From: Phoronis australis
Taxonomy: Eukaryota > Animalia > Phoronida
NCBI GenBank assembly: GCA_002633005.1
Contig: NMRA01000137.1
Span: 124,001-188,000 of the forward strand
Length of the DNA: 64,000 bases
Direction of reading: 5' to 3'
A model generated the notes under the pieces. That model had not been told where the DNA came from. It was given only the letters and a program-made list of their open reading frames with translations, and searched no databases. Shown in pieces: positions 50,801-62,547 of this stretch; the first letter of the stretch is position 1, and every line of letters begins with the position of its first letter. A program made the translations under genes and the position numbers.

Positions 50801-53800
50801 TAAAAATGCTGGTGGTGCAGTTAAAGTGACATCATCTGGAAAAGTGCTTTTCTGAGATCAGCCTCAGTGTCTCAGTGTAGATTTATGCTTGCTATCCTTG
50901 TGATGGTAGTCTAAAAGTGCTTTTCTGAGATCAGCCTCAGTGTCTCAGTGTAGATTTATGCTTGCTATCCTTGTGATGGTAGTCTAAAAGTGCTTTTCTG
51001 AGATCAGCCTCAGTGTCTCAGTGTAGATTTATGCTTGCTATCCTTGTGGTTGTAGTCTAACACTGCTCATGGAACTAAAGTCCACTCTATGAATGACAGA
51101 GTATTTTAAGCGTATGTAACTGATCAAATCATCCACTTTCACTGAATATCTGACAGATAATGGCAAAAAGTAGCAAGTTGTATTAAACTTGCATAAACAC
51201 TATGGATTTTATTACTTTGTAGCTTTGGTCAGAGCGAATAACTTGAAAAAATCTTTCACATCCATGAATAATCTCAGAAATGCATTTTTTTTCGGCAGTG
51301 AAATTGATGATATCCCTTTAAAGAATTGTCACTGAATGCGTATATCAATTGGGTGGCTCTTTTACATGTAATGGGAGAGAGTGCAACTGCTCATTCAGAA
51401 TCCCTGAATGCAGTCACTGGGTATTGCCTGGGACATGGTGGAAACCCCTACCCAAGGCAATACCACCCGTTTGTGGCTCAGTTGTGGTTCACACTTATGA
51501 TGTTTACGAATCCCAAAGTCGGTTCGCAATAAACTTTGAACCAGGGAGATATTATACATTAGACCTGTTCAGGAAGATTTTTGATGCTTTTTGGTGGGAT
51601 GCAATGTCAGTTTTTGAAACTCTTACGGAGTACGAGAATTTGCCATTAATTTCGCACAAAAACAATTAACAAAGTTGCCATTTTCAGTTTTTGATAGGCA
51701 AATAATGGAAACTTCACCAAGTGTAGTTTTGTGATGTGCACAAAATTCAAACCATGGTAGTAACATTACGACTGAAATGTTCTTAATCTTTATTCTTCTG
51801 AGGAAGAAATTATGCACAAAAAGTTTCACTTGTCAGACATATTGTTTGTTAAATATGTGAATACTTCCTGTAGTTTGTTCTGTCTTGTTCCCTCAGGAGG
51901 AAAAGTGGTATTCTACTGAACTCAAGAAAGAAGTGGACAAGCTGCAAGCCTCCAGCGCCACGTCAGACAACAGTTTGACGGAAGTGGTGCGTTAGGCTTT
52001 AATCATTCTTTTGCTGTGAATCCTCTGCATCAGCGCATTCTGGTGGTCACCGTATTTAATGTACTTGGTGATTTATTGCTTAAATAAGAAAGATATATTT
52101 TTTTTCAGGGGGCAGTTTTATTTTTGTGAACTGAAATAATTTTCTGTGATGTTATTGTCTTTTAAAAACGCGTTAAAATGTTTTATATTGTGGTTTTTAT
52201 GTTGCAGGATAAAAATGAACTGGACATGTACCGTCAACAGTTGAAAGCATCGGAGGAAAGCCGGACTTTATGTAAGTATGTACTAGGCCATTAAAAACAC
52301 TGATTGAAATTACCAATTTAACTCGGTGTTTATAATCATGATTCAGAATCTTTTAGATTATCTAACTCATATTTTATTTTGAACTGCTCTTTTTCAAAGT
52401 TGGCTCATCTTTAAGTTTGAACAGTAGCTTTCAAAATATACTGGACAGCATCAAAATTTGGCAAATTTTTGACTTACAAAAACACTACTACGTGTAAATA
52501 TCCGTCTCATTTCGACTAGAACACGTTTCAAATCTGGTGAATTCTCAACAAAGTCTCTGCAGGTGTTTCTCCATACACTTTGTTCTAATCACAGCAACAT
52601 GTCTTTCAAGTCCATTTACAAGTAAACAGTTTGCACTATAATGTAACATCACATTAAAATTTGACAAAAATGCCCGTTTGATATGACAAATGTTTGACTT
52701 AAGTGCTAAATAAGTGTGGTAAGAAGTTTAGTCTGGCATAGTCTGGAAGAATTCTGTCAAAGTCTATGCAATGTGTCTGTACTCCCAAGTTTGGGTAAGA
52801 TGGTTTCTGTTAAGTCTGTTTGGATTTCTGTTATTGACTTGTGGTTCTGATAGCTCAGGTGGCTAGAGCGTCTGCATGGTAAGCAGAAAGTCACGGATTC
52901 GAACCTTGGTTGGGACAAAGATCTCAAGATTAAACTATATGCCACGTGATGGAACTAACATATGGCATGTATGAAGATAAATAAAATTCTAACTGTGTGT
53001 TTAACTTATCATGTGACCTCTTGCAGTGGCATCAGAGGTCGCTTCCATTCGACAGCACTTGACTGAATTGCAAGATGCCAACAAGGCGTTACAGTTTGAA
53101 AAGTCACTGATTGAACAGAAGGCAGGACAGTTGGTTAGTAAACCTCATGTAATTGCTTATAAACCAAATAGGTGGCGCCAAAAACCAATAGTCTTTTTCC
53201 AACATAGTGGCAATGTGATGAGCTATGCCTGATTATTATGTCGCATTAGCTTTGTTGGTGGACAGCCTTCTGTATTCTTGTATAAATTTTATGGAGTTAT
53301 GCAGATTTTTTTTATAAATTCTTTTGCGATCATCATGCCATCAATTAGCCACTTCTGTATGGTGGGATATTGAAATGACTTGAACTAAAATGTCCAATGT
53401 TTCAAAAATGTCTGCGAGTGAAATAAATTAAGTTTTCGCCTCTGTCAAATCAAACTGTCGTGCAGACAGAATTAGAATTTGAATTAGGAGAGAGATGATG
53501 ATTTGTGCTATCGCAACGCTAAACAGTAGTATGTAGAATGCTTCCTTTTCACTCGATTTCAACTTCCTGACTTAAGTGATACATGATTTCTGGGCTTGTT
53601 AATAATTGCTAGGTTTTTAATGCGAGGGAGGAACAAGTTAAGTCAAGCCTTCATATTGAACTTGTTCTCACTTCTAAGTGACTGAAGAGTAAGGAACAAG
53701 TTATGTCAAGCCTTCATATTCAGCTTGTTCTCACTTCTAACTGACTGAAGAGTAAGAAACAAGTTGAGTCAAGCCTTCATATTCAACTTGTTCTCACTTC

Positions 53801-56800
53801 TAACTGACTGAAGAGTAAGAAACAAGTTGAGTCAAGCCTTCATATTCAACTTGTTCTCACTCTACTCTGAAAATTACCCGCAGTTAGAGCAGACTGAAAA
53901 GTCAGTGTGCCCCAGCGATGAATAGTAGACCTACCTGGCCGCCTCTGTTCAGTGAGAGCGGTGCGAGGGTAAACAAACATTAAATACGGCCTAATGGCGA
54001 CAGTTACGAATATTTTGAAATAAGTGCATGGTATTGTTGTTTCAGGCGACAGACATAGTGAGCAGCAAGGCCAGAGCTGATGAATGTGAGGGTCAGAAAA
54101 AAGCATTGGAGGACCATATCAACACTCTGAAGGTAATTAGTTCTAACCATTCTCGTGGTGTGTTTGTGGAAGCTTTTGAGCTCTCTGGTAAATGTCTCTG
54201 GTCCTTGGAGAAAAAATCTTCCCTTTCAGTTAGGTTGTCTTGCTAATTTTATGCTCTTTTTTAGGGTCAAATGACAGAGAAGTTGCTTTTGATTCAAAAA
54301 CTGGAGATACAGCTAGATCAGAGGTGAGTCTATTAGCGGAGGGTATGATACTTCAGGTCATCTAATAACCATATTTGGGAATACATGAGTGTAATTATAA
54401 AAATGAGGTCATTTTGAATCTGAGGCCAGTTGTAATGGAAAGTCGCCTAACTCAATTTTTTTGATTAATGACGTTTTTTTAGCTACTTAAATGCATAACC
54501 AAGTGAGAATGTTTAGTTGAGGGAGAGAAGATCATATCATGGTTCGGTAATGTAAAATTATCAATTTCAAGATTCACGATTGCATTTTTTCAAGTTACAC
54601 GGATCATGTCAGATTTTCATTCATTTGCTTCCTCACCACCAATTCATCTCCATGGTCACCCCATGTCACTTTCATGACAAAAACGATGTTTTACACATTG
54701 TGAAAAAGCCGTTCACCTCCTCAATTGGCTGACTGGGATGTTGTGCCTCTAAGGATTCATATGCTTATTTCCCCTGTATCAGGCCAAGTGAGGATGATGT
54801 CAAGGTTTTGAAGCAGGAACTTGTTCAGGTTCAAACACTGATGGACCAGATGAGCCGAGAGAGGGAGCTGTCGCAGTCTGACCTGGAGGGGAAATACCAG
54901 CTCCTGCAGCAAGAGAAGTCCAGGTATGTTGGAGGGAAAGGGGGCTGGCGAGGGAGGAAGTAGCTCTTGGACCTAGTGAGGAAAAGATCAGGCATATACA
55001 GTCGAAAGGTCCAGGTATGTTGGAGGGGTAATAGGCTGGCAAGGGGACCTGTAGCTCTCAAACCTTGAAAGGGAGGAGAAAGAGAAATGGATGTCACATG
55101 ACCATTGGACCTAGAGCAGAATGACCAACTACTGCAAGAGGAGAGGTCCAGGTGTATTAAATGGAAGGAGGAGTAGGGTGAGGAAATGCTGTCACAACGT
55201 GAGATAGATGGCAATGCCAGCTAATGTACAACAGGAGAAATCTAGGTGCATTGGAGTGAAGTGGGTGGACATAGGGGGTTTGTACAGAAGGAGGTGGTGG
55301 GGAAATACCAGCTGTGATGGCAGGGTAATGGGGAAGGATCATATTGGAATGAAGCAAGTTGTGAATTAATTGGTATAACTGTGGTCTTGGTCAAAGGGTT
55401 AGCAGCAGCTATAACATGTTGACAGAACTTGATGTTAGTTTCCAGTTGTCTTCTTGCCAGTCCAAATATTGGAGATTTTAGCCAATCTTAATAACGTGAA
55501 TTCGTATTTTGGTGTTTTAGTGCTGAGCAGAAAATTAAAGAGCTGACCGAATCTCTGGCTGCAGCTCCAAAGATCAATGAGCTTGACTCGGTTCAAAGGT
55601 CACTGGAAGAGTCCAAGAAGAGTTGTGAGAACTTGCAGCAATGTCTGAGGGAGAAGACCGAAACAGCTGACAAAATGAGTAGGGACTTGAGTGAGGTAAA
55701 TTTTAATTTGTCGGCATTCAACTCACAGCTAGAGTAGCGAGTCTTTTTCCCTTCTGACTGGTGTGTTTCTTTCTCACGAACCAGAATAAGGTTGTGTTGT
55801 ATTATGCAGCAGCACTCAAATCTTGCTGTATTTACCCACAATGCTGCAATATCCGTCAATCACGGTTCTTTTCTCAGGAGTAATGTTTCTAAATGATAGT
55901 CTAATAGCAGGAGTCGTAACAGGATTTGATGTGTACAATGTACAAACTGTCTTCATACAAATTGTTTACATTTTTGGAAAGTTAAACTAACCACAGTTCT
56001 TGTACAGGATGTTTTGAAACTTAGACAAGTGTTTGTAAATGCTTGTCTTGCTTGTTCCTTTGTTTCTCACGATGGTTAGCATTTGCTTTTTTAATTAGAT
56101 GTAATCCCATTGGCCTACTAACATACTCTACTTCAGCAAATAGCTGCTGCATCAAAACTTGATGAGCAACTGCAGGCTCTCACAGCTGATGCTGCCGACT
56201 TGCGGAAAAGTTTGTCTGAAAAAGAAATGGAGTTACAGCTATCACGGAAAGAAATGGAAGATGGAAATGCTTTCCAGACAGGTCTTCAAGAAGAAGTGAC
56301 TAAACTTCAGGTATGTTTGCTCTGCTTGAATACAGCAATGTAATAAACATTAAATTGACATGATCTTGATATTCCTTGTCCAAAATCTTTGGTTCAAGTA
56401 TTTTCAAGTGTTTGGACCACCACACAATCTAAATGTAAATTGTTATCATTGCCAATGATGGCCATATCAGAGATCGTGGAACTTCCTATGCTTTCTGGAG
56501 GGTCTTGCTAAAATCTTTTAATGATGTCAAATCTACTACCTAAAGAAAGAAGTCTTGGCTCTACACATTCATGGAAAGGCTACAAATAGCCCAACCAAAA
56601 GGCATTAACAAGGGGTCGTCGCCCTTGTTCAATACAAAAAGCCTATCCATGATGACTTATATGCATCTTTGTTTAATCATAACCAGATGATTATAAGTGT
56701 ATACAAAACCTCTTCCTGAAGGAAACAGTACGTCAACGAGAGAACTCCATCTCCAGACTTGAGAAGGATGTGGGCAGTTCCAAGCAGTCAACCCAGCAGC

Positions 56801-59549
56801 AGCTGCATGAGAAAGAACAGTTGTTGACATCAATGAAGTTGGAGTTGGACAAGGTACCTTGTATTTAGTGACAATTAGGGAAGCTGAGCTGCTTGAGCCT
56901 TGGTGTGAAACGCTGGAGCGAAATTTGTTTTTAGGAAAAATGCATTATTTTCAACAATATTCAGCACATTGACCACATTACGTTCTTTTCAATTATAATA
57001 AACTCCATATTTGATTTAGTTTCTTAAAGTGGCATTTGTTTATTTTCAAAGCTTTTGAGTTTTTTAAAGTATCTGGGATCTATTAAGGTCATTGTCCAAA
57101 ATGCAAATATGACACACTGAGAATGTTTTATGGTGACATACTGAATACTTTCAGCTGACAAGCAGGGACAAAGAGAAGGACACTGCCCTGGATGACCTTC
57201 AACAACACCTGAATGATATCACACAGCAGTGCCAAACACAGACTGCAGTCTCTGATGAACTGAAGGTAGAGCTTCGTGAGAAAGTCAACTCTCTGGAGCA
57301 GGAGGAAAGAAAGGCTGCCACTAGGTGGGCACAGATCATCAGTATCTACATTACAGTGTTTTTTGCTACAGCTTTTTTGTCTTTGAATACTAAAATAATA
57401 TTTATATGCTCTGAGGTCCTATACTTTTTATGTTACCTCATTTACTGATAACAGAAATTACAAAGAAGGCCTCTCCAACTTTATAGTGTGCAAGATTGTG
57501 ATCTGGCTTACTTATATACCAACAAGGAGACAGCCTGGAAAACCCAACTGCTGGCATTCAGTGGGTGATTAGATCAGATCAGATGACTGGTGCTCACTAA
57601 CTAAACCAATCTATCTCCATTTGGTTATGGCAATGTTATTTTTGCCACATAAAATGACAGCTTGCTGAATCAACTTACCGAGTTCAATCTTTAGCATGAA
57701 CAACTTTAAAGTAAAAAAGCATAGTTGGTTCTGGTCTGTATGGTTTTGAGATCTGTGTGCTCATCAACTAAAAGATAATAAAACGAACGCTTGCCCACAT
57801 TGATTTCAATTGAGATGTTGTTTTCTGATAACTGCACAAAGGCATGCAAGTAAGGGTAAGGATTGAAATGCCTTGATTTGGCAAAAGTGAAACCTTGCAT
57901 CATTTTTACGTGTTGATTTCCTTTTTTTAAACACTGAGCAATTGAAAAATACTGATTTTTAAAGCGAAGCAGAGAACAGAGTGCTTTTTTATCTAACCTG
58001 TGCCTAATGTGAGCTTCCTGTTTGCTTTCTCAGGGAAGAGAAGATAAAAGAACTGGAGTCTTTGATTGTGAAACATAAAGAAGATTTCACTCGCCTGGAG
58101 ACCGAGCGCCAAGATCTCATTGGGAAAATTGAAGCGGGAGAGGGTGTGGCCACTGCCATCAATCAACTGAAACAGGAGAATGTAATTGGTTAAAACAGCA
58201 TTCGTGATTGTTTTAAAAAATAATGCTTTCATGAGAAGGCCTCGTTGGTTTACTGTGGATAACTTTGAATAGTTTCCCTTACTGGTAACCATTTTGCCTG
58301 ATGGTTGTAACTGTTAGCTAACTAAAGAAGCTAACTTCTGTCAGGTGACCTGTTACATGCGAGGGGATGTCTAGTGCAAATGGTGAATGATTAGCTCTTC
58401 TATAGGTCTCACTAAAGTCAGAAATGGAATGAGGATATTCTGTCAGTGAATTAGTTTGACATTTTATCATTCATTTTTTTGCCTATTAGCAAACATGAGT
58501 TGCGAGAGTATCATATGTTTATCATAGTGATGAAACCCAATTGATCCATTGCAAAAATATTCTAGACATCCTTACAAGAAAAGTGCCATAACACTGAATC
58601 CAAAATGGCTTCCATTACCGAAGAATACACCTCCAAAAGTGAAGAGCTCCACAGCAGAATTGGAGATCTGCAGGGCCAACTGAAGGAAAGTGTAGAAAAG
58701 TCCAATAATCTTCAACTGGAACTGGACAAGAAAGGCGAGAAGCTCAACACATCATTACAGAGGATTGGTGCCCTTGAAACGGAATTAAAAGTTAAGGTAA
58801 GTTTCGAAAATTGGTGAGTATTCACGTTATCATGGAGCAATTGCGCAACTTAACCAGGGCGATCAGTTCCATTTTTCCTTTTGTTTGCACACTCAGGTAG
58901 TTTATATGGAATATGAAGATTGGGACAGTGCAACTTTCATTGAATGGCGTTTGGATAATGCATAATGTTACATTTTGTTTACACTTATAATTCAGGGTTT
59001 GGAATTTTCCTCTTTTAACAGGATTTCCTCTTCTTTGGTTTTGATTTCTTATTATTTGATTTCCTGTTTCCTCTTTTTTCATCTCTTATCACCGTTTTGA
59101 CTTTATTCGTGCAAAAAAACAGTTCTTGCAGTTAAAGTTTACAAAACAAAATACTTGCATCCCTATTTATTTGTAGAACGATACATCACCTTGGAAAATG
59201 TTCTTCTTTTTTGTCACGAGTCATTCCAAGCCCTGATGATTGCGTGTGTGCCTCTCAATTTGTTTCGTGTCAGGTGTGTGGTGGGAACAGCACGTAATAA
59301 AAATTCTGACTCTATGATCATAAACCATGGCAGGTGTGGGTTTAGTGACCCTTTAAATAAACGTTCTGTGAACTACAACTCCGTCTTCATGTTCTTTGGT
59401 GATTTTTATGGCAGGGAGAGCACCTGTTAACTATGGAGGCCTCCAAAGACACTCAGCGTGCTGACCTGGAAAACCACATCAAGACAGCACAGAATGCTCT
59501 AGAGGAAAAAACATCGGAGCTAAGTCGGACTAAACAACAACTGGAAAAG
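45641..59549 (+). CDS. EEA1: Early endosome antigen 1, 5' part: 18 exons, 2163 nt, 721 codons. The C-terminal coiled coil and FYVE domain lie beyond the window.
   Basis: Phase-consistent exon chain. Hallmarks shared with vertebrate EEA1 as recalled: EGFLCPICMK C2H2 finger, DVSTLRQEL..LKEEKWYS.ELKKE, EQKAGQLATDI, RPSEDDVKVLKQELVQVQTLMD, KIEAGEG, QRADLENH. Long E/K/Q/L coiled coil. Confidence 0.92.
45776..45850 (+). CDS. EEA1: EEA1 exon 2 (EQNSRSSP...DRPDE)
   Basis: Strong pyrimidine tract with tag acceptor, GAG|gtaagc donor; 75 nt, phase 0/0. Confidence 0.78.
46406..46498 (+). CDS. EEA1: EEA1 exon 3, extra C2H2 finger (GFLCPICKHTSASPAALQDHFDKVHDKPQDE)
   Basis: tttcag acceptor, GAG|gtatac donor; 93 nt, symmetric; intact C-x2-C-x12-H-x4-H. 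This frame is not in the ORF track. Confidence 0.85.
47320..47491 (-). mobile_element. Degenerate tRNA-derived SINE
   Basis: Minus-strand TGGCCAAAAGG (A-box-like) and GGTTCTATTCC (B-box-like) at tRNA-like spacing. Confidence 0.35.
47858..47903. repeat. (GTT)n microsatellite
   Basis: Direct reading of the sequence. Confidence 0.95.
49038..49222 (+). CDS. EEA1: EEA1 exon 4, two C2H2 fingers
   Basis: GFLCPICMK...HFEAVH and FICPLCMQ...HYQSTH; ccccag acceptor, AG|gtgggt donor; 185 nt. Confidence 0.92.
50356..50413 (+). CDS. EEA1: EEA1 exon 5 (DGDVSTLRQELDELRTSLK)
   Basis: 58 nt, phase 2 to 0. Confidence 0.88.
50840..51060. repeat. 73-bp tandem repeat, 3 copies
   Basis: Units start at 50840, 50913 and 50986. 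Confidence 0.95.
51897..51986 (+). CDS. EEA1: EEA1 exon 6 (EEKWYSTELKKEV...)
   Basis: EEKWYS motif; 90 nt. Confidence 0.9.
52208..52271 (+). CDS. EEA1: EEA1 exon 7
   Basis: ttgcag acceptor, T|gtaagt donor; 64 nt. Confidence 0.85.
52844..52916 (+). pseudogene. tRNA-like sequence (SINE head or pseudo-tRNA)
   Basis: A box TAGCTCAGGTGG, B box GATTCGAACC, anticodon-like arm TCTGC-ATGGTAA-GCAGA. The acceptor stem has three G-T pairs. Confidence 0.6.
53027..53133 (+). CDS. EEA1: EEA1 exon 8 (...IEQKAGQL)
   Basis: 107 nt, phase 1 to 0. Confidence 0.88.
53631..53863. repeat. 63-bp tandem repeat, ~3.7 copies, with an internal hairpin
   Basis: Units at 53631, 53694, 53757 and 53820; AACAAGTTGA / TCAACTTGTT stem. 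Confidence 0.92.
54046..54132 (+). CDS. EEA1: EEA1 exon 9
   Basis: 87 nt; ATDIVSSK...TLK. Confidence 0.87.
54265..54323 (+). CDS. EEA1: EEA1 exon 10
   Basis: 59 nt; tttag acceptor, AG|gtgagt donor. Confidence 0.87.
54783..54923 (+). CDS. EEA1: EEA1 exon 11 (PSEDDVKVLKQELVQVQTLMD...)
   Basis: Conserved EEA1 block; 141 nt, phase 2/2. Confidence 0.92.
54880..55315 (+). repeat. Degenerate ~90-bp repeat spanning the EEA1 exon 11 donor
   Basis: Recurrent GACCT...TCCAG|GT units; donor-like sites at 54924, 55015, 55152 and ~55246. Confidence 0.75.
55521..55695 (+). CDS. EEA1: EEA1 exon 12
   Basis: 175 nt open coiled-coil frame; tttag acceptor, GAG|gtaaat donor. Confidence 0.86.
56137..56310 (+). 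CDS. EEA1: EEA1 exon 13
   Basis: 174 nt; ttcag acceptor, CAG|gtatgt donor. Confidence 0.85.
56722..56853 (+). CDS. EEA1: EEA1 exon 14
   Basis: 132 nt; QQLHEKEQLLTSMKLELDK. It needs an AAG acceptor (cctcttcctgaag), so the 5' boundary is less certain. Confidence 0.78.
57155..57324 (+). CDS. EEA1: EEA1 exon 15
   Basis: 170 nt; tttcag acceptor, AG|gtgggc donor. Confidence 0.84.
58034..58181 (+). CDS. EEA1: EEA1 exon 16 (...ERQDLIGKIEAGEGVATAINQLKQEN)
   Basis: Conserved KI(E/Q)AGEG block; 148 nt. Confidence 0.9.
58566..58796 (+). CDS. EEA1: EEA1 exon 17
   Basis: 231 nt; ttctag acceptor, AAG|gtaagt donor. Confidence 0.86.
59415..59549 (+). CDS. EEA1: EEA1 exon 18 (GEHLLTMEASKDTQRADLENH...LEK)
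   Basis: Conserved QRADL.NH..TAQNAL block; 135 nt. Confidence 0.9.
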
Positions 59550-59627
59550 GTAAATGTAAATATAACATGTAACATGACTTATAATGTAACATAACAGTTG
59601 GCTCCAAACAGTAATTTCACAGATATC

Positions 59628-59705
59628 GGGTCCTCAGTAGGGCAGTGGTAAAAGCTCTGGACTGGCAATCTAGATAACTGTGGTTTGATTCCCAGGTTGG
59701 GACCC
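59628..59705 (+). pseudogene. tRNA-like sequence (SINE head or pseudo-tRNA)
   Basis: Acceptor-like GGGTCCT/GGGACCC, A box TAGGGCAGTGG, degenerate B box GGTTTGATTCC. Confidence 0.55.
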
Positions 59706-59851
59706 TGATTTTTCTGTGTTGGATATATTGGAAAAGGTAATGGTAGTTTATTTCTGTTTCTAATTCTAAGAAGAACGTGTAGTAACTGAAGCCCTGAATG
59801 ACAAAGGGCAAAAGGACCTTGTGTGCAGTAGGTATAGTGGACAGCACTTAA

Positions 59852-62547
59852 CCCTTATCGTGCGCTAGGCGAGGTCAGCCGATCAGCCAATTATTCTATT
59901 AAAATGCGTCGGGTGTACTCAATCGCCTATAATAAGCTACGGCTAGGCTGCGCAAGGAGGGGGTACTCACCCCAGGACACTGGTGTTATTCATTCAGAAA
60001 TTGTGAAAGCCCCGTATGCTTTTTATGCGCCCACATATTTATATGTGGACGCATTATGCCGTCATCTCTGTCTGTCCGTCCGTCCGTCCGTCCGTCCGTC
60101 CGTCCGGGCGGCGTCCGTCCGGCGTCCGGCGTCCGGCGTCTGGCGTCCGGCGTCCGCTGCTCTATCTCCAAAACCCTTTGACATACGTTCATGAAATTTG
60201 GTACATATGTTCCATTCATGAATGGGACGGCATGTGCGAACTTTCGGACGGATCCGACTACCGGTGTGCCCCCTAGTGGCAATTTTAGTTTTTTACGCTT
60301 ACCTTTGTATCTTCAAAAGTCCTGAACGGATTTTCATGAAATTTGGTATGTAGGCACCTAGTAGTGAGATGACGCTATCCTGCCGTTTTCGGATGGATTC
60401 GACATAGTTTGCGCCACCTAGTGGCCATTTTTACTGTTTTCGAGTCTGTTTTTGTGCTTCCACCCCTCTATCAACCAAACCGCTCAAAGGATGATTGTGA
60501 AAATTGGCATGTATGTGCTTACTATGTAGAGGATGGTTGACGATGATTTTCCGACGATTTCGACTACTGTGGCGCCTCCTAGTGGCAGTTTTGTTTTTTT
60601 GCGCCTATGGCTGTATCTCCTAAACCGTTCGCAGGATCTTTACAAATTGTGTAAGTATATTTATATGATGTTAACAACGGAAGATGACGACTTTTGGTCG
60701 GATCCGACTACCGGTGTGCCCCCTAGTGGCAATTTTAGTTTTTTACGCTTACCTTTGTATCTTCAAAAGTATTGAACGGATTTTCATGAAATTTGGTATG
60801 TAGGCACCTATTAGTGAGATGACGCTATCCTACTGTTTTCAGATGGATTCGACGTAGTTTGCGCCACCTAGTGGCCATTTTTACTGTTTTCGAGTCTGTA
60901 TTTTTGCGTCCACCCCTCTATCAACCAAACCGCTCAAAGGATGATTGTGAAAATTGGCGTGTATGTGCTTACTATAAGGAAGACAGCTGACAATGATTTT
61001 CAGACGATTTGGACTACTGTGGCGCCTCCTAGTGGCAGTTTTGTTTTTTTGCGCCCATGGCTGTATCTCCCAAACCGTTTGCAGGATCTTTACTAAATTT
61101 AGCAAGTGTATTAATGTGATGTTGACAACGGACGATGACGACTTTAGGATGATTCTGATTACCGGTATGCCTCTAGTGGCAATTTTAGTATTTGCCTCTA
61201 GTGGCAATTTTAGTATTTTACATTGACCTCTGTATTTTCATAGGTCTTCAGGTGTATACTTTGTGTTACTTCGTGACTGTGAAGGAAAAGTTCCAAGTAG
61301 AAATTTGTTTCTGGCATTCTAATGCTGTGCTAATCTCGTATGTTGGTAAATTTGTTTTTAATTCTATGTTTCTGTGGTGCTTTAAGCAACTGGTGTATAG
61401 GATGTGCTTGTATTATGAAGATTACTCACATTTTGCCCCTAGCCTATTGAGGAGACAATGACCATGCCTTTCCATTTTGCAAAGTATGCCCTCTACTGGC
61501 CACTTTATGGTACCAATAAACAACCCTAGAAGGATACCGTATGCGGTGCAATTGTGGGCGCATTTCAACGCTCCGCGTTGCTCTTGTTATATATGTGAAC
61601 ATGCGCATTCCACAGTTCATAGTTTCCTGTAGATTTTTCTGATTTACAACATATGGCTGCGGTGAGTTGTTGCTGAGATATTTGAAAGTTTACGCAAGTT
61701 TTATCTTGGCTTGTGCCAAACGTGGTAAGATGACTGTTGACCAGTTTCTTGAGAAAGGGTTCATGGACTCATATTTAAAACGAGCTGGAATTGGCACTCG
61801 AAAGTGACAGTGACAGTTACGGGGAAACTAATATAACAGTCACAAGTTAGGCAGATTCTATCGATTCGGATCTCAGTGTAATTTTGGAGGAGTTTCCGGT
61901 CCCTGAAGCTGAACTTGGACGGGCCTATGACGATGCTTGGCTCATGCCCTTCGCGCATAATACAGAGCCTCTGAAACATGATGGAACTCATTCAGAATTG
62001 GATATTTTTTGTGACTTTGTCACAGAATAGCTTTGTGTCCCCACCCGTGTTTTAAGTTTTTGCACACCTAGGTGATCTTCAAAACAGACAAGCGACTGCA
62101 CCAGTCATAAATTTGTTATCGTGCAAAGTTGAGGTATGTTATATACTGTACATTCTTGTTTGTAGATGTGATGTTTCAGACAATAAACCTGCTTTATTAA
62201 ACATGCAAATCTCATGAATTCCCTTTATTACGGTTTTTGAGTGTCAGCTATAATGTTCTCATGTGCGAAAACAGATAAAAACAAATGGAGTCCAGTTTGA
62301 AAGTTTATAGAATTATTTACACCTAGGCTATGTAAGGTAAAGATAATTATGTATATGGTAAAGATCTCCATTAAATTCTGAACAACTTTTGTGCAGACCA
62401 CTTTTATGTGAAGCTGATATTACCCCTTCAAATTTCCAATTTAAAAATGTTAGGTCATTAATCTGAGTGACCGTCTTAACAGCCCAGTGCAGAGCAGCAG
62501 TGGTGACCTACTTAGCTCAGCACACAGGGAAAGTCGTGTGATAAGGG
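59852..62547. mobile_element. piggyBac-like element hosting the nested HINE
   Basis: TTAA at 59848-59851 and 62548-62551 flank the termini CCCTTATC...GATAAGGG. Confidence 0.72.
60020..61588 (+). mobile_element. Non-autonomous Helentron/HINE (DINE-1/pearl-like) element, full length
   Basis: 5' T-run, subTIR ATGCGCCCACA (60025) with adjacent inverted copy TGTGGACGCAT, and a (GTCC)n microsatellite. Internal ~150-bp tandem array. 3' subTIR TGTGGGCGCAT (61553-61563), stem-loop CAACGC-tcc-GCGTTG and a terminal TT. Confidence 0.88.

Noticed and set aside
52844-52916. Functional tRNA-Thr(GGT), and likewise tRNA-Ala(GGC) at 59628
   Set aside because: Stems or boxes are degenerate, and G34 anticodons are atypical for eukaryotic Thr/Ala tRNAs. 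A SINE or pseudogene origin is more likely; tRNAscan-SE would settle it.
59155-59430. ORF ending DFYGRESTC, resembling the DFYGRES peptide recalled from the C-terminal half of human EEA1
   Set aside because: It straddles the exon 18 acceptor in another frame. The true frame (GEHLL...QRADLENH) matches EEA1 collinearly, so this is taken as coincidence.
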